A stretch of DNA of 64,000 bases from an uncultured Clostridia bacterium (GTDB lineage: Bacteria > Bacillota > Clostridia > TANB77 > CAG-508), in contig CAKPRA010000004.1 in assembly GCA_934180065.1 (NCBI GenBank), positions 4,786-68,785 of the forward strand. Reading direction: 5' to 3'. A program made the position numbers and the translations under genes. The notes under the pieces are model-generated. The model worked only from the letters and a program-made list of their open reading frames with translations, was not told the DNA's origin and searched no databases. Shown piece by piece: positions 40,528 through 51,061 of this stretch. The stretch's first letter is position 1. Each line of letters opens with the position of its first letter.

Positions 40528-40722
40528 TTATTCATCTCCTTCATTTTTTACAGTTTCTATTATATCTTTAAGAATACAATTTAGTGCTTCACATATTTTT
40601 AGAAGAACATCAGTTGTTACATTTGCACCTTTTCCAAGCTTTGCTATGGATGCAGGACTGATGTTTGCAATTTTTCCTAAATCTTGTTTATTTATTCCTT
40701 TATCAATTAATAATTTTTTCAT
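40528..40722 (-). CDS. controller (C) protein, HTH XRE family
   Basis: 64 aa. KQDLGKIANISPASIAKLGKG is an HTH. It sits just upstream of the REase gene on the same strand. Confidence 0.7.
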   Translation of the reverse strand: MKKLLIDKGINKQDLGKIANISPASIAKLGKGANVTTDVLLKICEALNCILKDIIETVKNEGDE

Positions 40723-41022
40723 AAGTTGAAAGATATAGTTGTTAAATTGATAGAAAAATTATATCAGAAATTTATAAAAAATCTATATTATGGCAAAAAA
40801 AATATGCAATCGTGAAAAAAATGCAAGTATTATTATATAAAATATTCTGAATTTAGACCAGGAAGATATGGAAAATATCATTGGAAAAACAATTACTATA
40901 GAGCAATATGATAATGGTGTTGATAAAGAAGATAGAATAGCAAAGATAATGCAAAAACTTGACATGAAATAATGCTTAGAATATAATTTCATCAAGATAT
41001 AAATAGTAAAGGAGTGGTTTTT

Positions 41023-41895
41023 GTGTTAGATTTGCATATGCATACTAGATATTCTGATGGATCTGACGAAGTTAGTATGGTTTTAGAAAAGGCAGAAAAG
41101 TTAAAATTAAAGTGTATTTCAATTACCGATCACAATACTTGTTTAGAGTATAATGAGCTTAAAAATGCAGAAACAAGAGCTTTATTTTCTGGGAAAATTA
41201 TACCAGGAGTAGAGCTAAATACCAAAGTTTTAGGTATTCCAATCGAAATACTCGGATATAATGTTGACACAGATGTGTTACAAAAATATATTGATAAAAC
41301 ATATATTAGTAATGAAGAAAGATGTAAACTAGAAGTTGAAAGATTATATAAAAAATGTTTAATTGAAGGTATATTATTACCGAATGATTTTGTTGAAAAA
41401 TATGATAGCTCTATATATGCATCTAAATATCTTCATTCATTAATAACAAAAGATGAAAAAAATAAAGAATTGATAGATGAAGAATCATGGAATAATAGTA
41501 ATATATTTTATAGAAGATATATGTCAAATCCTAGCAGCAAGTTTTTTGTCAATATGGATGATATATTACCAAGTTTTGAAGAAGCTTCTGAAATAGTAAA
41601 AAAATCAGGAGGTCTTGTTTTTATACCACATATATTCGAATATGGCGAGAATTCAATTAAAATACTAAATTACATTCTAGAAAATTATAAATTTGATGGA
41701 ATTGAATGTTATTATAGAAACTTTACACAAGAAAAAACAGATTTTCTTTTAGATATATGCCAAAAACATAACTTATATAAATCAGGAGGAAGCGATTATC
41801 ACGGAAAAAATAAACCAGGTGTTGAAATAGGCGTAGGTGAAGGAAATTTGAATGTGCCAGATGATATTATAGTTTGGGCAAAAAATTTTGTATAA
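41023..41895 (+). CDS. PHP-domain metal-dependent phosphoesterase
   Basis: LDLHMHTRYSDGS...SITDHN is the PHP motif. The likely start is a GTG, 9 nt after aaaggag. Confidence 0.7.
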   Translation: MLDLHMHTRYSDGSDEVSMVLEKAEKLKLKCISITDHNTCLEYNELKNAETRALFSGKIIPGVELNTKVLGIPIEILGYNVDTDVLQKYIDKTYISNEERCKLEVERLYKKCLIEGILLPNDFVEKYDSSIYASKYLHSLITKDEKNKELIDEESWNNSNIFYRRYMSNPSSKFFVNMDDILPSFEEASEIVKKSGGLVFIPHIFEYGENSIKILNYILENYKFDGIECYYRNFTQEKTDFLLDICQKHNLYKSGGSDYHGKNKPGVEIGVGEGNLNVPDDIIVWAKNFV

Positions 41896-41991
41896 TATTT
41901 AAAAAATATATTGACAAAACAATAATAAGAAAATAAAATAAAAGCATCATAGGTAGAAGAAAACCATACCCTTAATTAAGGAGGAATGTTT

Positions 41992-42696
41992 ATGAAAGTA
42001 TTTTTACCGGATATTGTTGAGAAAAATGGCTCATTAAATTTGAGCTCATTGCCAATCGGACGTAACACAAGGTTTATTAGTGTTACAGGACAAGACGGCA
42101 GTGGAAAGACTAATCTTCGTGATGGTCTGGCAAAATATTTTTCAGAGCGGGAAAATGTTGTTATAACAGCTAAATCTCCATGTGATGCATATTTGGTAAA
42201 GTTGCTTAATAATGCAATTAGCCAAAACGGTTATGAAGATTGGTACACAGAGCAAATGTTGTTCAGCTTTGCAGATGGTTTGTTATCTAATTACATGAGA
42301 CAGTTAAACGGACATTGTGACTATTTCATTTGTCAGAGAGGTCCAATTGACCAGTATGCACATGGTGTAACTAGAAGCAGAAAGTCATATCAGACAATTT
42401 ACCAGTTTCAGAAGCCCGAAAGACTTGCAAAGTTTGATGTTTACATTCACATGAATTGTGAAGCAAAAGTTGCATGGGAAAGAGTTGCAAAAGATGAAGG
42501 TAAAGACAGGTATGAATACCCAGAGTACTTTGAACGTCAGGTAAAGAACACGGAGAAATTGTATCAAGATATTATGTCAGGGAAACATAAAGAGCTTGAC
42601 TTTTTAAGCGCAGCAAAACATATATATATTGATACAACAAATTTAACAATCGAGCAGACATTTGAAAAAGCCTTGACAGAATTGAAAATGACTTAA
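41992..42696 (+). CDS. P-loop nucleotide/nucleoside kinase-like protein (thymidylate-kinase fold); GC clearly higher than neighbours
   Basis: Walker A motif SVTGQDGSGKT. GC is visibly higher, at about 38% against about 25% in the flanks. Confidence 0.5.
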   Translation: MKVFLPDIVEKNGSLNLSSLPIGRNTRFISVTGQDGSGKTNLRDGLAKYFSERENVVITAKSPCDAYLVKLLNNAISQNGYEDWYTEQMLFSFADGLLSNYMRQLNGHCDYFICQRGPIDQYAHGVTRSRKSYQTIYQFQKPERLAKFDVYIHMNCEAKVAWERVAKDEGKDRYEYPEYFERQVKNTEKLYQDIMSGKHKELDFLSAAKHIYIDTTNLTIEQTFEKALTELKMT

Positions 42697-43056
42697 AAAA
42701 AATTGAGCTTCCATAAAATCAAAATTATGGTAGCTCTTTTTATATGTTAAATAAAGTAATAAGATTATAACACATAAAGAGAATAAATAATGTTCAGGAT
42801 AGTTTGATTGAATTTAGTGAAAACATATATTAAATGTTTAACTTTAACATGAGATGTATTTAAATCCGCTATATTCTACTTTTCCATTTTTAACTTGTAA
42901 AACTTATGTTTAAAATAAAAACAATGGTCAAAGCCATGCCGGTTGCTGAGATAAAAAGGTTGAAATAAATTCTGTTTTATAAATCATATCATTGATTTTG
43001 TAATCTTTTTAAGATATAATATCCGAATAAAATATAAGATACAGAAAGGGAATGAG

Positions 43057-44214
43057 ATGAATTATAAAGATATAATATTACCAAACTATGACTATTGTAT
43101 ACATAATACAATAACATCAATTTTAAAAAATTATGATGTAAAAACAAATAATAAATCATTAGAAACATTAGATGAAGTATTTAAGGCAAAAGATTACAAA
43201 AATGTTATTTTCTTAATTTTGGATGGTTTAGGAGAGCATATTTTAGAAAAAGTTTCTCCAGATGGATTCTTTTCTAAAAATAAGATAGATTGTGTTACCT
43301 CTGTATGCCCATCAACAACCACTGCAGCTCTTCCAGTATATTATTCAGGTAAGGTACCATATGAAACTGGATGGATAGGGTGGTCTCAATATTTTAAAGA
43401 ATATGGAAGATCATTAGATATGTTTACACATAAAGAATCTTACCTTGGAAACTATTTAAAAAATCCCATCAAAAATATGTTTGAAGAGGAGCTTAACTAT
43501 GAATCAATTTTTTATCAAATTGAAAAAGCTTCTCCAAATGTAAGAGCAATTGAGGTTCAGCCACAATATGCTGAGCAAATGGCGAAAAGAAGTGTGAGAG
43601 CAAATAATTTAGATGAGATTGAAACTGCAATTTATGATATATGCTCTATGCCGGGAAAGAATTTTATAGTCGCATATTCAGATAATCCAGATGGATTATT
43701 GCATAAATACGGAACAGATTCGCAAGAAGCCAAAGAATTCATAAAAGATGCCGAAAAAAGAATACAGAAAATTAGAGCAAATTTAGATGAAGAAACATTA
43801 ATAATTATTTCAGCAGATCATGGACATAAAAATATAGAAAAAGCATATTCAATAATTAATTATCCAGAAATAATGGAATGCCTTATAATTCCACCAACTC
43901 TAGAATCTAGAGCATTGAGTTTTTGGGTAAAAGATGAAATGAAAGATGAATTTGTAAAAAGATTTAATAAAGAATTTGAAAAAGAGTTTTGGTTAATGAG
44001 TAAAGATGAGTTCCTAAATAAATATAAAATGCTTGGAACTGGAGAAAAGCATAAAAAGATAGATGATTTCATTGGGAATTTTGTGGCTTTATCTGTTGGA
44101 AGTAGTATTATTAGAATTGAAACATTTTTAGCAGAAGGAAAACCTGTAAAAAAATCTACACATTGTGGTCTAACAAAAGACGAAATGGAAGTTCCGGTAA
44201 TAGTTTTAAAATAA
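43057..44214 (+). CDS. alkaline-phosphatase-superfamily metalloenzyme (phosphodiesterase / phosphomutase-like)
   Basis: FLILDGLG, the CPSTTT nucleophile region, and SADHGH metal-binding motifs. Confidence 0.55.
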   Translation: MNYKDIILPNYDYCIHNTITSILKNYDVKTNNKSLETLDEVFKAKDYKNVIFLILDGLGEHILEKVSPDGFFSKNKIDCVTSVCPSTTTAALPVYYSGKVPYETGWIGWSQYFKEYGRSLDMFTHKESYLGNYLKNPIKNMFEEELNYESIFYQIEKASPNVRAIEVQPQYAEQMAKRSVRANNLDEIETAIYDICSMPGKNFIVAYSDNPDGLLHKYGTDSQEAKEFIKDAEKRIQKIRANLDEETLIIISADHGHKNIEKAYSIINYPEIMECLIIPPTLESRALSFWVKDEMKDEFVKRFNKEFEKEFWLMSKDEFLNKYKMLGTGEKHKKIDDFIGNFVALSVGSSIIRIETFLAEGKPVKKSTHCGLTKDEMEVPVIVLK

Positions 44215-44576
44215 AAAATTTATTTAGTAATTACCTGAAAGGAGAGTATTAACTTCTATATGTAATAAACTAAATATAAATTTATATGATGCATTAAAGA
44301 AAAAAGAAGAAAAAAATATTAAGAGAAAATGGACAATAAATAAAAAAGATGATAGTGAAATATCATAAAGTGTATTTAATCATTGTGACATTTAAAATAA
44401 TTTAAATATATATGTCGAAAAGTGTCGAAAAAAGCAATACGATTATGATTGCGGATTTCGACATTTTTTGATATTGTTTAGGGAAAAGATATAAATCATA
44501 AGTTTATTTTATAAAAATTTATTTTAAAAAGATTTGTATATTTTAAATGTTAGTGCATAAATAAAGGGGGATACAT

Positions 44577-45539
44577 ATGAAAAATAAAATAAAAAGATTA
44601 TCTAAAATAATTGCTCTATTAGGTATACTATTAGCTTTTCCAACAACAATATTGGCTCATTCTGGAAAAACTGATAGCTCTGGTGGTCATAAAGACAAAA
44701 ATAATGTGAGTGGACTTGGAAGTTATCATTATCACTGTGGTGGGTATCCAGCTCATTTACACGATGGAGGAGTTTGTCCTTATAGTGGCAGTGCAAAATC
44801 TTCAACTACAACAAAATCAACAACTACAAACAATAGTAAAAAGTCAACAACAAATAATAGCAAAAGTTCAACAACTAAAGCTGAATCATCAACTGAAACT
44901 AAAAACGTTGAAGTTGAAAAAGTAACATTAAAAGCTTCAAAAAGTAAAATTGAAATTAATGAAGAGCTAACTATTGTTGCTACAGTTACTCCAATATCTG
45001 CAAATAATAAATCTTTAACTTGGAAAAGCTCTGATAATTCAATTGCTACAGTTTCAAGCTCCGGTGTAGTAAAAGCAATAAAAGATGGAACAGTTTCAAT
45101 AACTGCTACTTCTTCAAATGGAAAAAGCGATACTTTAAATATTACAGTGAATAAGCCTAAAATTGATGTAACAGAGCTTAATTTAGATGAAAGCGATATT
45201 ACATTAGAAACAGGCAATGAGAATAGAATAATGGCGAATGTTCTTCCATACAATGCTACTGATAAAACAATAAAATGGACATCTTCTAATAATGAAGTAG
45301 CAATAGTTGAAAATGGAAAAGTAAAAGCTTTAAATGCTGGAGAAGTAACTATTACAGCAGAAACATCTAGTGGAATAATAAAAACATGTCATGTAAAAGT
45401 GGCGGAGCCAGCTAAGTCATCAAAGGTAGAAAACACTTCAAATGGTGGGACTTCAGCAGCTTTTGGAGGAGCAATAGTAGGTGCTGGTATAGTTGGTGCA
45501 GGTGTTTTTGGTATGAAAAAACTTAAATGTAAAAAATGA
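44577..45539 (+). CDS. surface protein with a YHYH domain and two Big_2 (Ig-like) domains, plus a C-terminal membrane anchor
   Basis: Signal peptide. GSYHYHCGGYPAHLHDGGVCPY. Two repeats of about 80 aa match the Big_2 pattern. C-terminal hydrophobic segment followed by KKLKCKK. Confidence 0.65.
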   Translation: MKNKIKRLSKIIALLGILLAFPTTILAHSGKTDSSGGHKDKNNVSGLGSYHYHCGGYPAHLHDGGVCPYSGSAKSSTTTKSTTTNNSKKSTTNNSKSSTTKAESSTETKNVEVEKVTLKASKSKIEINEELTIVATVTPISANNKSLTWKSSDNSIATVSSSGVVKAIKDGTVSITATSSNGKSDTLNITVNKPKIDVTELNLDESDITLETGNENRIMANVLPYNATDKTIKWTSSNNEVAIVENGKVKALNAGEVTITAETSSGIIKTCHVKVAEPAKSSKVENTSNGGTSAAFGGAIVGAGIVGAGVFGMKKLKCKK

Positions 45540-45649
45540 TTGATAACGGTTTAATATTGTCAATTATCATAAATAAAATAAATTACTTAAATTTTTATCT
45601 CGTTCCCATTGACATATATCGAAAAAGTGATAGAATATTACCATAAAAT

Positions 45650-45896
45650 GCGATGAAAAAGAATGAATATAACTTCAATTTAAAGAGAGCTAATGGTTGG
45701 TGGAAATTGGTAATATGGATTATATGTGGAACTTTTGAGCATTGTAAAAAAGAGAGGATAGAATATTTCAACAAGAACTAAATATTAACAAATGAAAAAT
45801 TTAATATTTAAGCTAGTTGGAATTAGTACATCAATTAGGGTGGAACCGCGGAAAAATATTTCGTCCCTAGCTTTATAGGCTAGTGGGCGTTTTTTG
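45650..45896 (+). promoter_or_regulatory. T-box riboswitch leader of glyQS
   Basis: The T-box sequence aattagggtggaaccgcgg is followed by the terminator ccctagctttataggctagtgggcgtttttt. Confidence 0.7.
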
Positions 45897-45968
45897 TATT
45901 TAAAATAAAACAAAATCTACTAAAATACAACAATAACCACAGCCGAAAAAATAAAGGAGGTTTTTTAT

Positions 45969-47351
45969 ATGGTAGATTCAATGGAAAAAATTGTAAGTTT
46001 ATGCAAAAACAGAGGATTTATATATCCTGGTTCAGAAATTTATGGAGGTCTAGCTAATACTTGGGATTACGGTCCTTTAGGTTCAGAGCTTAAAAACAAC
46101 GTAAAAAAAGCATGGCAAAAGAAATTTATACAAGAATGTAAATACAATGTAGGATTAGATGCTGCAATATTTATGAATCCTGAAACTTGGGTTGCAACAG
46201 GACATGTTGGAGGTTTTAGTGATCCATTAATAGATTGTAAAGAATGTAAAACAAGACATAGAGCAGATAAATTAATAGAAGAATGGGCAACACAAAATGG
46301 TCAAGATTTAGTTGCTGATGGTTGGTCTGATGAAGAAATGATTAAATTTATGGATGATCACAATATAAATTGTCCGAACTGTGGAAAACACAATTTTACA
46401 GGAATTCGTAAATTCAATTTAATGTTCAAAACATTCCAAGGTGTAACAGAAGATTCAACATCACAAATATATTTAAGACCAGAAACAGCACAAGGTATAT
46501 TTGTAAATTTCAAAAATGTAATGAGAACTACAAGAAGAAAATTACCAACAGGTATAGCTCAAATTGGTAAGGCTTTCAGAAATGAAATAACACCAGGTAA
46601 CTTTACATTTAGAACTCGTGAGTTTGAACAAATGGAATTAGAATTTTTCTGTAAACCAGGTTCAGATGAAGAATGGTTCAAATATTGGGAAGAATTCTGC
46701 AAAAACTGGTTATTATCACTTGGAATGGACGAGAACAACATTCGTCTAAGACAACATAGTAAAGAGGAGCTTGTTTTCTATAGCAAAGGAACAACAGACA
46801 TAGAATTCAAATTCCCATTTGGTTGGGGAGAGCTATGGGGAATAGCTGATAGAACAAATTATGATTTATTAAGACATATGGAACATTCAAAACAAGATTT
46901 ATCATACTTAGATCCAGAAACAAATGAAAAATATATACCATATGTAATAGAGCCATCACTAGGATGCGATAGAGCTACACTTGCATTTTTATGTAACAGC
47001 TATGAAGAAGAAGAAATTGCAGAAGGTGACACAAGAACAGTATTACATTTACATCCAGCATTAGCACCATACAAAGTTGCTGTACTTCCACTATCTAAAA
47101 AATTAAGTGAAAAAGCTATAGAAGTATATGAAAAATTATCAAAAGACTTCATGTGTGACTATGACGAAGCGGGAAGTATCGGAAAAAGATATAGAAGAGA
47201 AGACGAAATAGGAACACCATATTGTGTAACAATAGACTTTGATACATTAGAAGACAACCAAGTTACTGTAAGAGATAGAGATACAATGGAACAAGTTAGA
47301 ATTTCTATTGATGAATTAAATAATTGGATAAAAAATAAAATAGAATTTTAA
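45969..47351 (+). CDS. glyQS: glycine--tRNA ligase (homodimeric class II type)
   Basis: [21 protein letters not shown], and [10 protein letters not shown] (motif 2). 460 aa. Confidence 0.9.
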   Translation: MVDSMEKIVSLCKNRGFIYPGSEIYGGLANTWDYGPLGSELKNNVKKAWQKKFIQECKYNVGLDAAIFMNPETWVATGHVGGFSDPLIDCKECKTRHRADKLIEEWATQNGQDLVADGWSDEEMIKFMDDHNINCPNCGKHNFTGIRKFNLMFKTFQGVTEDSTSQIYLRPETAQGIFVNFKNVMRTTRRKLPTGIAQIGKAFRNEITPGNFTFRTREFEQMELEFFCKPGSDEEWFKYWEEFCKNWLLSLGMDENNIRLRQHSKEELVFYSKGTTDIEFKFPFGWGELWGIADRTNYDLLRHMEHSKQDLSYLDPETNEKYIPYVIEPSLGCDRATLAFLCNSYEEEEIAEGDTRTVLHLHPALAPYKVAVLPLSKKLSEKAIEVYEKLSKDFMCDYDEAGSIGKRYRREDEIGTPYCVTIDFDTLEDNQVTVRDRDTMEQVRISIDELNNWIKNKIEF

Positions 47352-47444
47352 TTTCAGTGAATATATATTTACTACGATATTAATATAGCCCAAAAGATAA
47401 AAAAGTACATTATATTCAGACTAATTTTAGGAGGAAATGTAGAA

Positions 47445-48308
47445 ATGAAGAGAAAATTTATACTAATAATAAGTGTAATAATAATTCTAATTATATCTGT
47501 ATGTGTTTTATTATTAAATAAAAGCAAAGAAGTTGCAAAAAATAGTGATGAAATATATATAAACGTTGAAAATGAGTTTATGGCTGAAAATACTAATAAT
47601 GTTACAAATAATATAATATCAGAAAAAAATGAAGAAAAAACGATTAGTACTGCAAGTAATGAGCAAAAAGTAGATAAAAATGTTAATCAAAATAACGTTG
47701 ATGTAAATAAAAAAGTAGAAAAAACAGAAAATAAAAATCAAACAAGCTCAAACAGCAATATTAGTAAAGAAAATAATGCACCAACTGGTAAAACTACATA
47801 TTATATCAAGGTAAATTATGGAGCTAATGCAGTTACTATATACAAAAAAGATGAAAACGGTTATTACACAGTTCCAGTAAAGGCAATGATTTGTTCATGT
47901 GGAACTGCAACACCGAAAAGTGGTGTTTATAAAACATCTAAGGGATATGAATGGGGAACTTTAGAAGGAGGAACATATGGTAGGTATTCTACTAGAATAA
48001 AGGGTGGCATTTTATTTCACTCTGTTCCATATGTGTCAGAAAGTGAGGATTCATTAGAATATTGGGAATATGATAAATTAGGAACGACAGCATCTTTAGG
48101 TTGTGTTAGACTTGCAGTGGCTGATTCAAAATGGATATTTGATAATTGTGAAGTTGGAACTCAAGTCGAGTTTTATTCAGATACAAATCCAGGACCACTA
48201 GGAAAACCAACTGCCCAAAAAATATCTGATAATGAGAAATGTAGAAATTGGGATCCAACAGATACTTCTCCAAATAGCCCATGGGTCAATGGGGACGGTT
48301 CTCTTTGA
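47445..48308 (+). CDS. L,D-transpeptidase (YkuD domain). The last 8 codons are encoded by a REP
   Basis: HSVPY....SLGCVRL catalytic motif. The tail WVNGDGSL comes from gggtcaatggggacggttctctttga. Confidence 0.75.
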   Translation: MKRKFILIISVIIILIISVCVLLLNKSKEVAKNSDEIYINVENEFMAENTNNVTNNIISEKNEEKTISTASNEQKVDKNVNQNNVDVNKKVEKTENKNQTSSNSNISKENNAPTGKTTYYIKVNYGANAVTIYKKDENGYYTVPVKAMICSCGTATPKSGVYKTSKGYEWGTLEGGTYGRYSTRIKGGILFHSVPYVSESEDSLEYWEYDKLGTTASLGCVRLAVADSKWIFDNCEVGTQVEFYSDTNPGPLGKPTAQKISDNEKCRNWDPTDTSPNSPWVNGDGSL

Positions 48309-48311
48309 CAA
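48285..48311 (+). repeat. REP-like element
   Basis: gtcaatggggacggttctctttgacaa. Confidence 0.85.
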
Positions 48312-48574
48312 CCACAAAAAAATACAGAATTTTTCTGTATTTTTTTTGCATGAAACGGAACATAAACAGTTGACACACTGAAAGTTATTTTGGAATTATG
48401 GAAAGTAAGTAAAAGGAAAAAAATAAGGAAGAAACGGGAAAGTGTTGAAGCAATTGACAATATTGAATTGGGAAAAATTACATAATTGTACTTGACATAA
48501 TTATTGATAATATGCTATACTTTATTCAGATGTTTCGAAAGAAACATACTTTGTACTAAGGAGGTCGAAAGACC

Positions 48575-48769
48575 ATGGGAATTAACATTGACACAACCGC
48601 AGCTCGCAAAGCTGCACAGGATGCTCACGCAAAAGCTGAAAAAGCAAATCAGACTGCACAGTCTGCTATCGAAGAAGCTAATGCTATTGCAGAGCGCATT
48701 AAAGCAATTCCTCATACTAATAGTATGGAAGAGCTTGACGTAGCCCTTGCAAAGGCTATCCGTGGTTAA
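48575..48769 (+). CDS. small helical protein (64 aa) with a strong RBS and unusually high GC
   Basis: aaggaggtcgaaagaccATG. The ORF is about 45% GC in a genome of about 27%. The repeated leader motif lies upstream. Confidence 0.55.
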   Translation: MGINIDTTAARKAAQDAHAKAEKANQTAQSAIEEANAIAERIKAIPHTNSMEELDVALAKAIRG

Positions 48770-48785
48770 AATTCCCCAAAGAAAA

Positions 48786-48822
48786 AGCCGATGAAGATTT
48801 TATTTCTTTCATCGGCTTTTGT
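48786..48822 (+). terminator. rho-independent terminator
   Basis: aaagccgatgaagattttatttctttcatcggctttt. Confidence 0.7.
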
Positions 48823-48853
48823 CGTTAACTTAAATGGTAAACCAGGATTATGG

Positions 48854-48880
48854 GTCAATGGGGACGGTTCTCTTTGACAA
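48854..48880 (+). repeat. REP-like element
   Basis: gtcaatggggacggttctctttgacaa. Identical to the copy at 48285. Confidence 0.85.
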
Positions 48881-49199
48881 CAATAAAAAAACTACAGAAT
48901 TTTCCTGTATTTTTTTGTTGCATGGAACAAAACATAAACAGTTGACGCACTGAAGATTATTTCCTTATTATGGAAAGTAAATAAAAAGAAAAGATGAAGG
49001 AAGAAACAGATACGGTTCTTGCAAGTGTTTGCAAGGAACCTTAAATCACTTAATAAATAAAAGAGTTGAAGCAATTGACTTTGAGCGATTAGAAGGAAAG
49101 TGCATAAAATTACTTGACATATACACAGTAAATGGTGATAGAATTATGATATATCAAACTGAAATGGTGCAATAAAATTTTATGAGGAGAATATAAATC

Positions 49200-50279
49200 A
49201 TGGAAAGTTTAAAGGAATATAGACCTAGTATAATTAATAAACTAAAATTATTTCTAAGCAGAATTGAACAAAGAAAAACAATTGAAAAAAATTTAGATAA
49301 ATTAGATATCAGTTTATTTTCTTCCAATAATATTGATTATATAATACAAAATAAAGAAAAATTTAAAAGTACAAGTGGTATGCCAGATCCACAAAAAGAA
49401 ATTATGACTATTGAAGATAAACTTGGAATAGTAATGGACTTTTTCAATGATTTAAATTCTAGTTTAGGGAAAAAAGTTAAAGATACATATTTAAAATATA
49501 AAACGCAAATTTATTTTGATGAGTGCAGTGATAAAAATAAAGAAATTGGTGATGGTTTCACTAGCGGACATAATAGAAGTACATCCATTATGTGTGGCGA
49601 TGGTATTGAAAGACCAAATCTTATAGCAAGAATTTGTACCAATAAAAATAATGCACTAGATATATATAATATAGCTCACGAATTCACACATATATTGCTA
49701 AACGAAAATACTAAAGAAAAAAACATTAGTGCTGAAAACCAAGAAATTGCAACTAGATTTACAGAAATCTTGTTGGGCGAATATATGGAAAAAAGAAAAA
49801 TTATCACAACAGAAGACAAAGAAAATCACAACATATGTATATCAGGCGAAATAGATAAAGCATATCAGCTCAATGAATATAGAATTTTAAGAAACCTAAT
49901 TAAAAACAATGGAAATAAATTTGATAAGAAATTAGAAAAAACATGTATTTCTAAATATTGCAAAGGAAATAAAAACTGGTATTACCAAATATTATCAAAC
50001 ATAGCATATAGATTAGAAAGAACCGGCAAAGTAGACGGTTTTCAAAATTACTTAAGATTTGTTAATTCAGCAGCAGAATGTGATAAATTAAAACAAGCAT
50101 ATATTGAAAATCCCGATTTAATAAAAAAAGCTTTTTCTCAATGTTTAATGAGTCAGCATAGTATTACGTACAATGATGTAGTGAAAAAGAGGTCAATGGG
50201 GACGGTTCTTTTTGACACAAAAAACATTGACGTTTTACAGCAAGTAAAGAAAAAAGATACATACGAAATTACTCATTAA
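49200..50279 (+). CDS. hypothetical protein with an HExxH motif (putative zinc metallopeptidase). An in-frame REP insertion lies near the C-terminus
   Basis: HEFTH motif. A REP at 50192-50219 is translated as RSMGTVLFDT. Confidence 0.45.
   Translation: MESLKEYRPSIINKLKLFLSRIEQRKTIEKNLDKLDISLFSSNNIDYIIQNKEKFKSTSGMPDPQKEIMTIEDKLGIVMDFFNDLNSSLGKKVKDTYLKYKTQIYFDECSDKNKEIGDGFTSGHNRSTSIMCGDGIERPNLIARICTNKNNALDIYNIAHEFTHILLNENTKEKNISAENQEIATRFTEILLGEYMEKRKIITTEDKENHNICISGEIDKAYQLNEYRILRNLIKNNGNKFDKKLEKTCISKYCKGNKNWYYQILSNIAYRLERTGKVDGFQNYLRFVNSAAECDKLKQAYIENPDLIKKAFSQCLMSQHSITYNDVVKKRSMGTVLFDTKNIDVLQQVKKKDTYEITH
50192..50219 (+). repeat. REP-like element inside a coding sequence
   Basis: gtcaatggggacggttctttttgacaca. 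Confidence 0.85.
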
Positions 50280-50503
50280 ATTGAATTAATTTTATAAAAG
50301 ATAAAAAATAATATTCTAAGTTATGTTAACTGCAAAGATACAAGAGTTAAGGGAAAATTACTGGAATTTTTATTACAGAATTGCATTGTTTTATATAATA
50401 TAATAAGTTCAGTAGATTTTTTTCTAATTTGAAAATCTTTCTACATCATTCGATATCCACCCACTTTGATAAATCCTCTTAGTAGAGGTAGAAAGGAAAA
50501 CAG

Positions 50504-50962
50504 ATGCTTAAAGACATTCAGGAAGCAATCGAAAGTTTGGAAGCGCGCATTGAAGCAGAAGAAAAACAGATTCGGCTCATGAAAAATGATTTGAGAGCTT
50601 TAAAAGAAAGACTTCCGCAGGGAACTGAAATTACAGGCGCAAAATCATTACCAGAATCTTTGGACGAATTGTTCAGACAATTTTTTATTCAGAATGATAC
50701 TCGTGGTTTAATTAAACGAGTAGATACTGTGTTAGCTAGAAATAATATATCTATTGATGATTTATACAATATCTCATTTATGAAGCTATCCTCATTATCG
50801 TGTGCCTCTGGACATGTAGTTTTTATTATTATCGCAGTTCTTGAACACTACGGCATAGAGATTGAGATTCCAGAATATAAAAGTTCAAATAAATCAAAAA
50901 TGATTGCAAAACAGGTAAAGGAACTTTTGCCTGGTTACAGAGAAAGAATTATCTTTAAGTAA
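50504..50962 (+). CDS. hypothetical protein
   Basis: 152-aa ORF with an RBS (aggaaaacag). A terminator hairpin follows at 50968-50997. Confidence 0.4.
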   Translation: MLKDIQEAIESLEARIEAEEKQIRLMKNDLRALKERLPQGTEITGAKSLPESLDELFRQFFIQNDTRGLIKRVDTVLARNNISIDDLYNISFMKLSSLSCASGHVVFIIIAVLEHYGIEIEIPEYKSSNKSKMIAKQVKELLPGYRERIIFK

Positions 50963-50994
50963 GCAAAAAGAACCTCCCATCACTGGGGGTTTTT

Positions 50995-51033
50995 GTCAAT
51001 AGGTGTCAATAGGGGACGGTTCTTTTTGACACA
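50995..51033 (+). repeat. REP-like element (partial copy plus full copy)
   Basis: gtcaataggtgtcaataggggacggttctttttgacaca. Confidence 0.8.
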
Positions 51034-51061
51034 AAAACATTGCCATTTTTACATCAAAAAT

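Noticed and set aside
40520-40729. Plus-strand ORF 40520..40729 antisense to the C-protein gene, and ORF 44710..44925 in an alternative frame of the YHYH gene.
   Set aside because: They are shadow frames of better-supported genes, which show an HTH and Big_2 domains respectively.
48285-48311. Possible relationship between the REP core and the recognition sites of Eco31I/Esp3I-type enzymes (GGTCTC / CGTCTC), given the type IIS-like RM system in the window.
   Set aside because: The core reads ACGGTTCTC, with no exact GGTCTC, CGTCTC or GTCTC in the conserved part. The resemblance is superficial.
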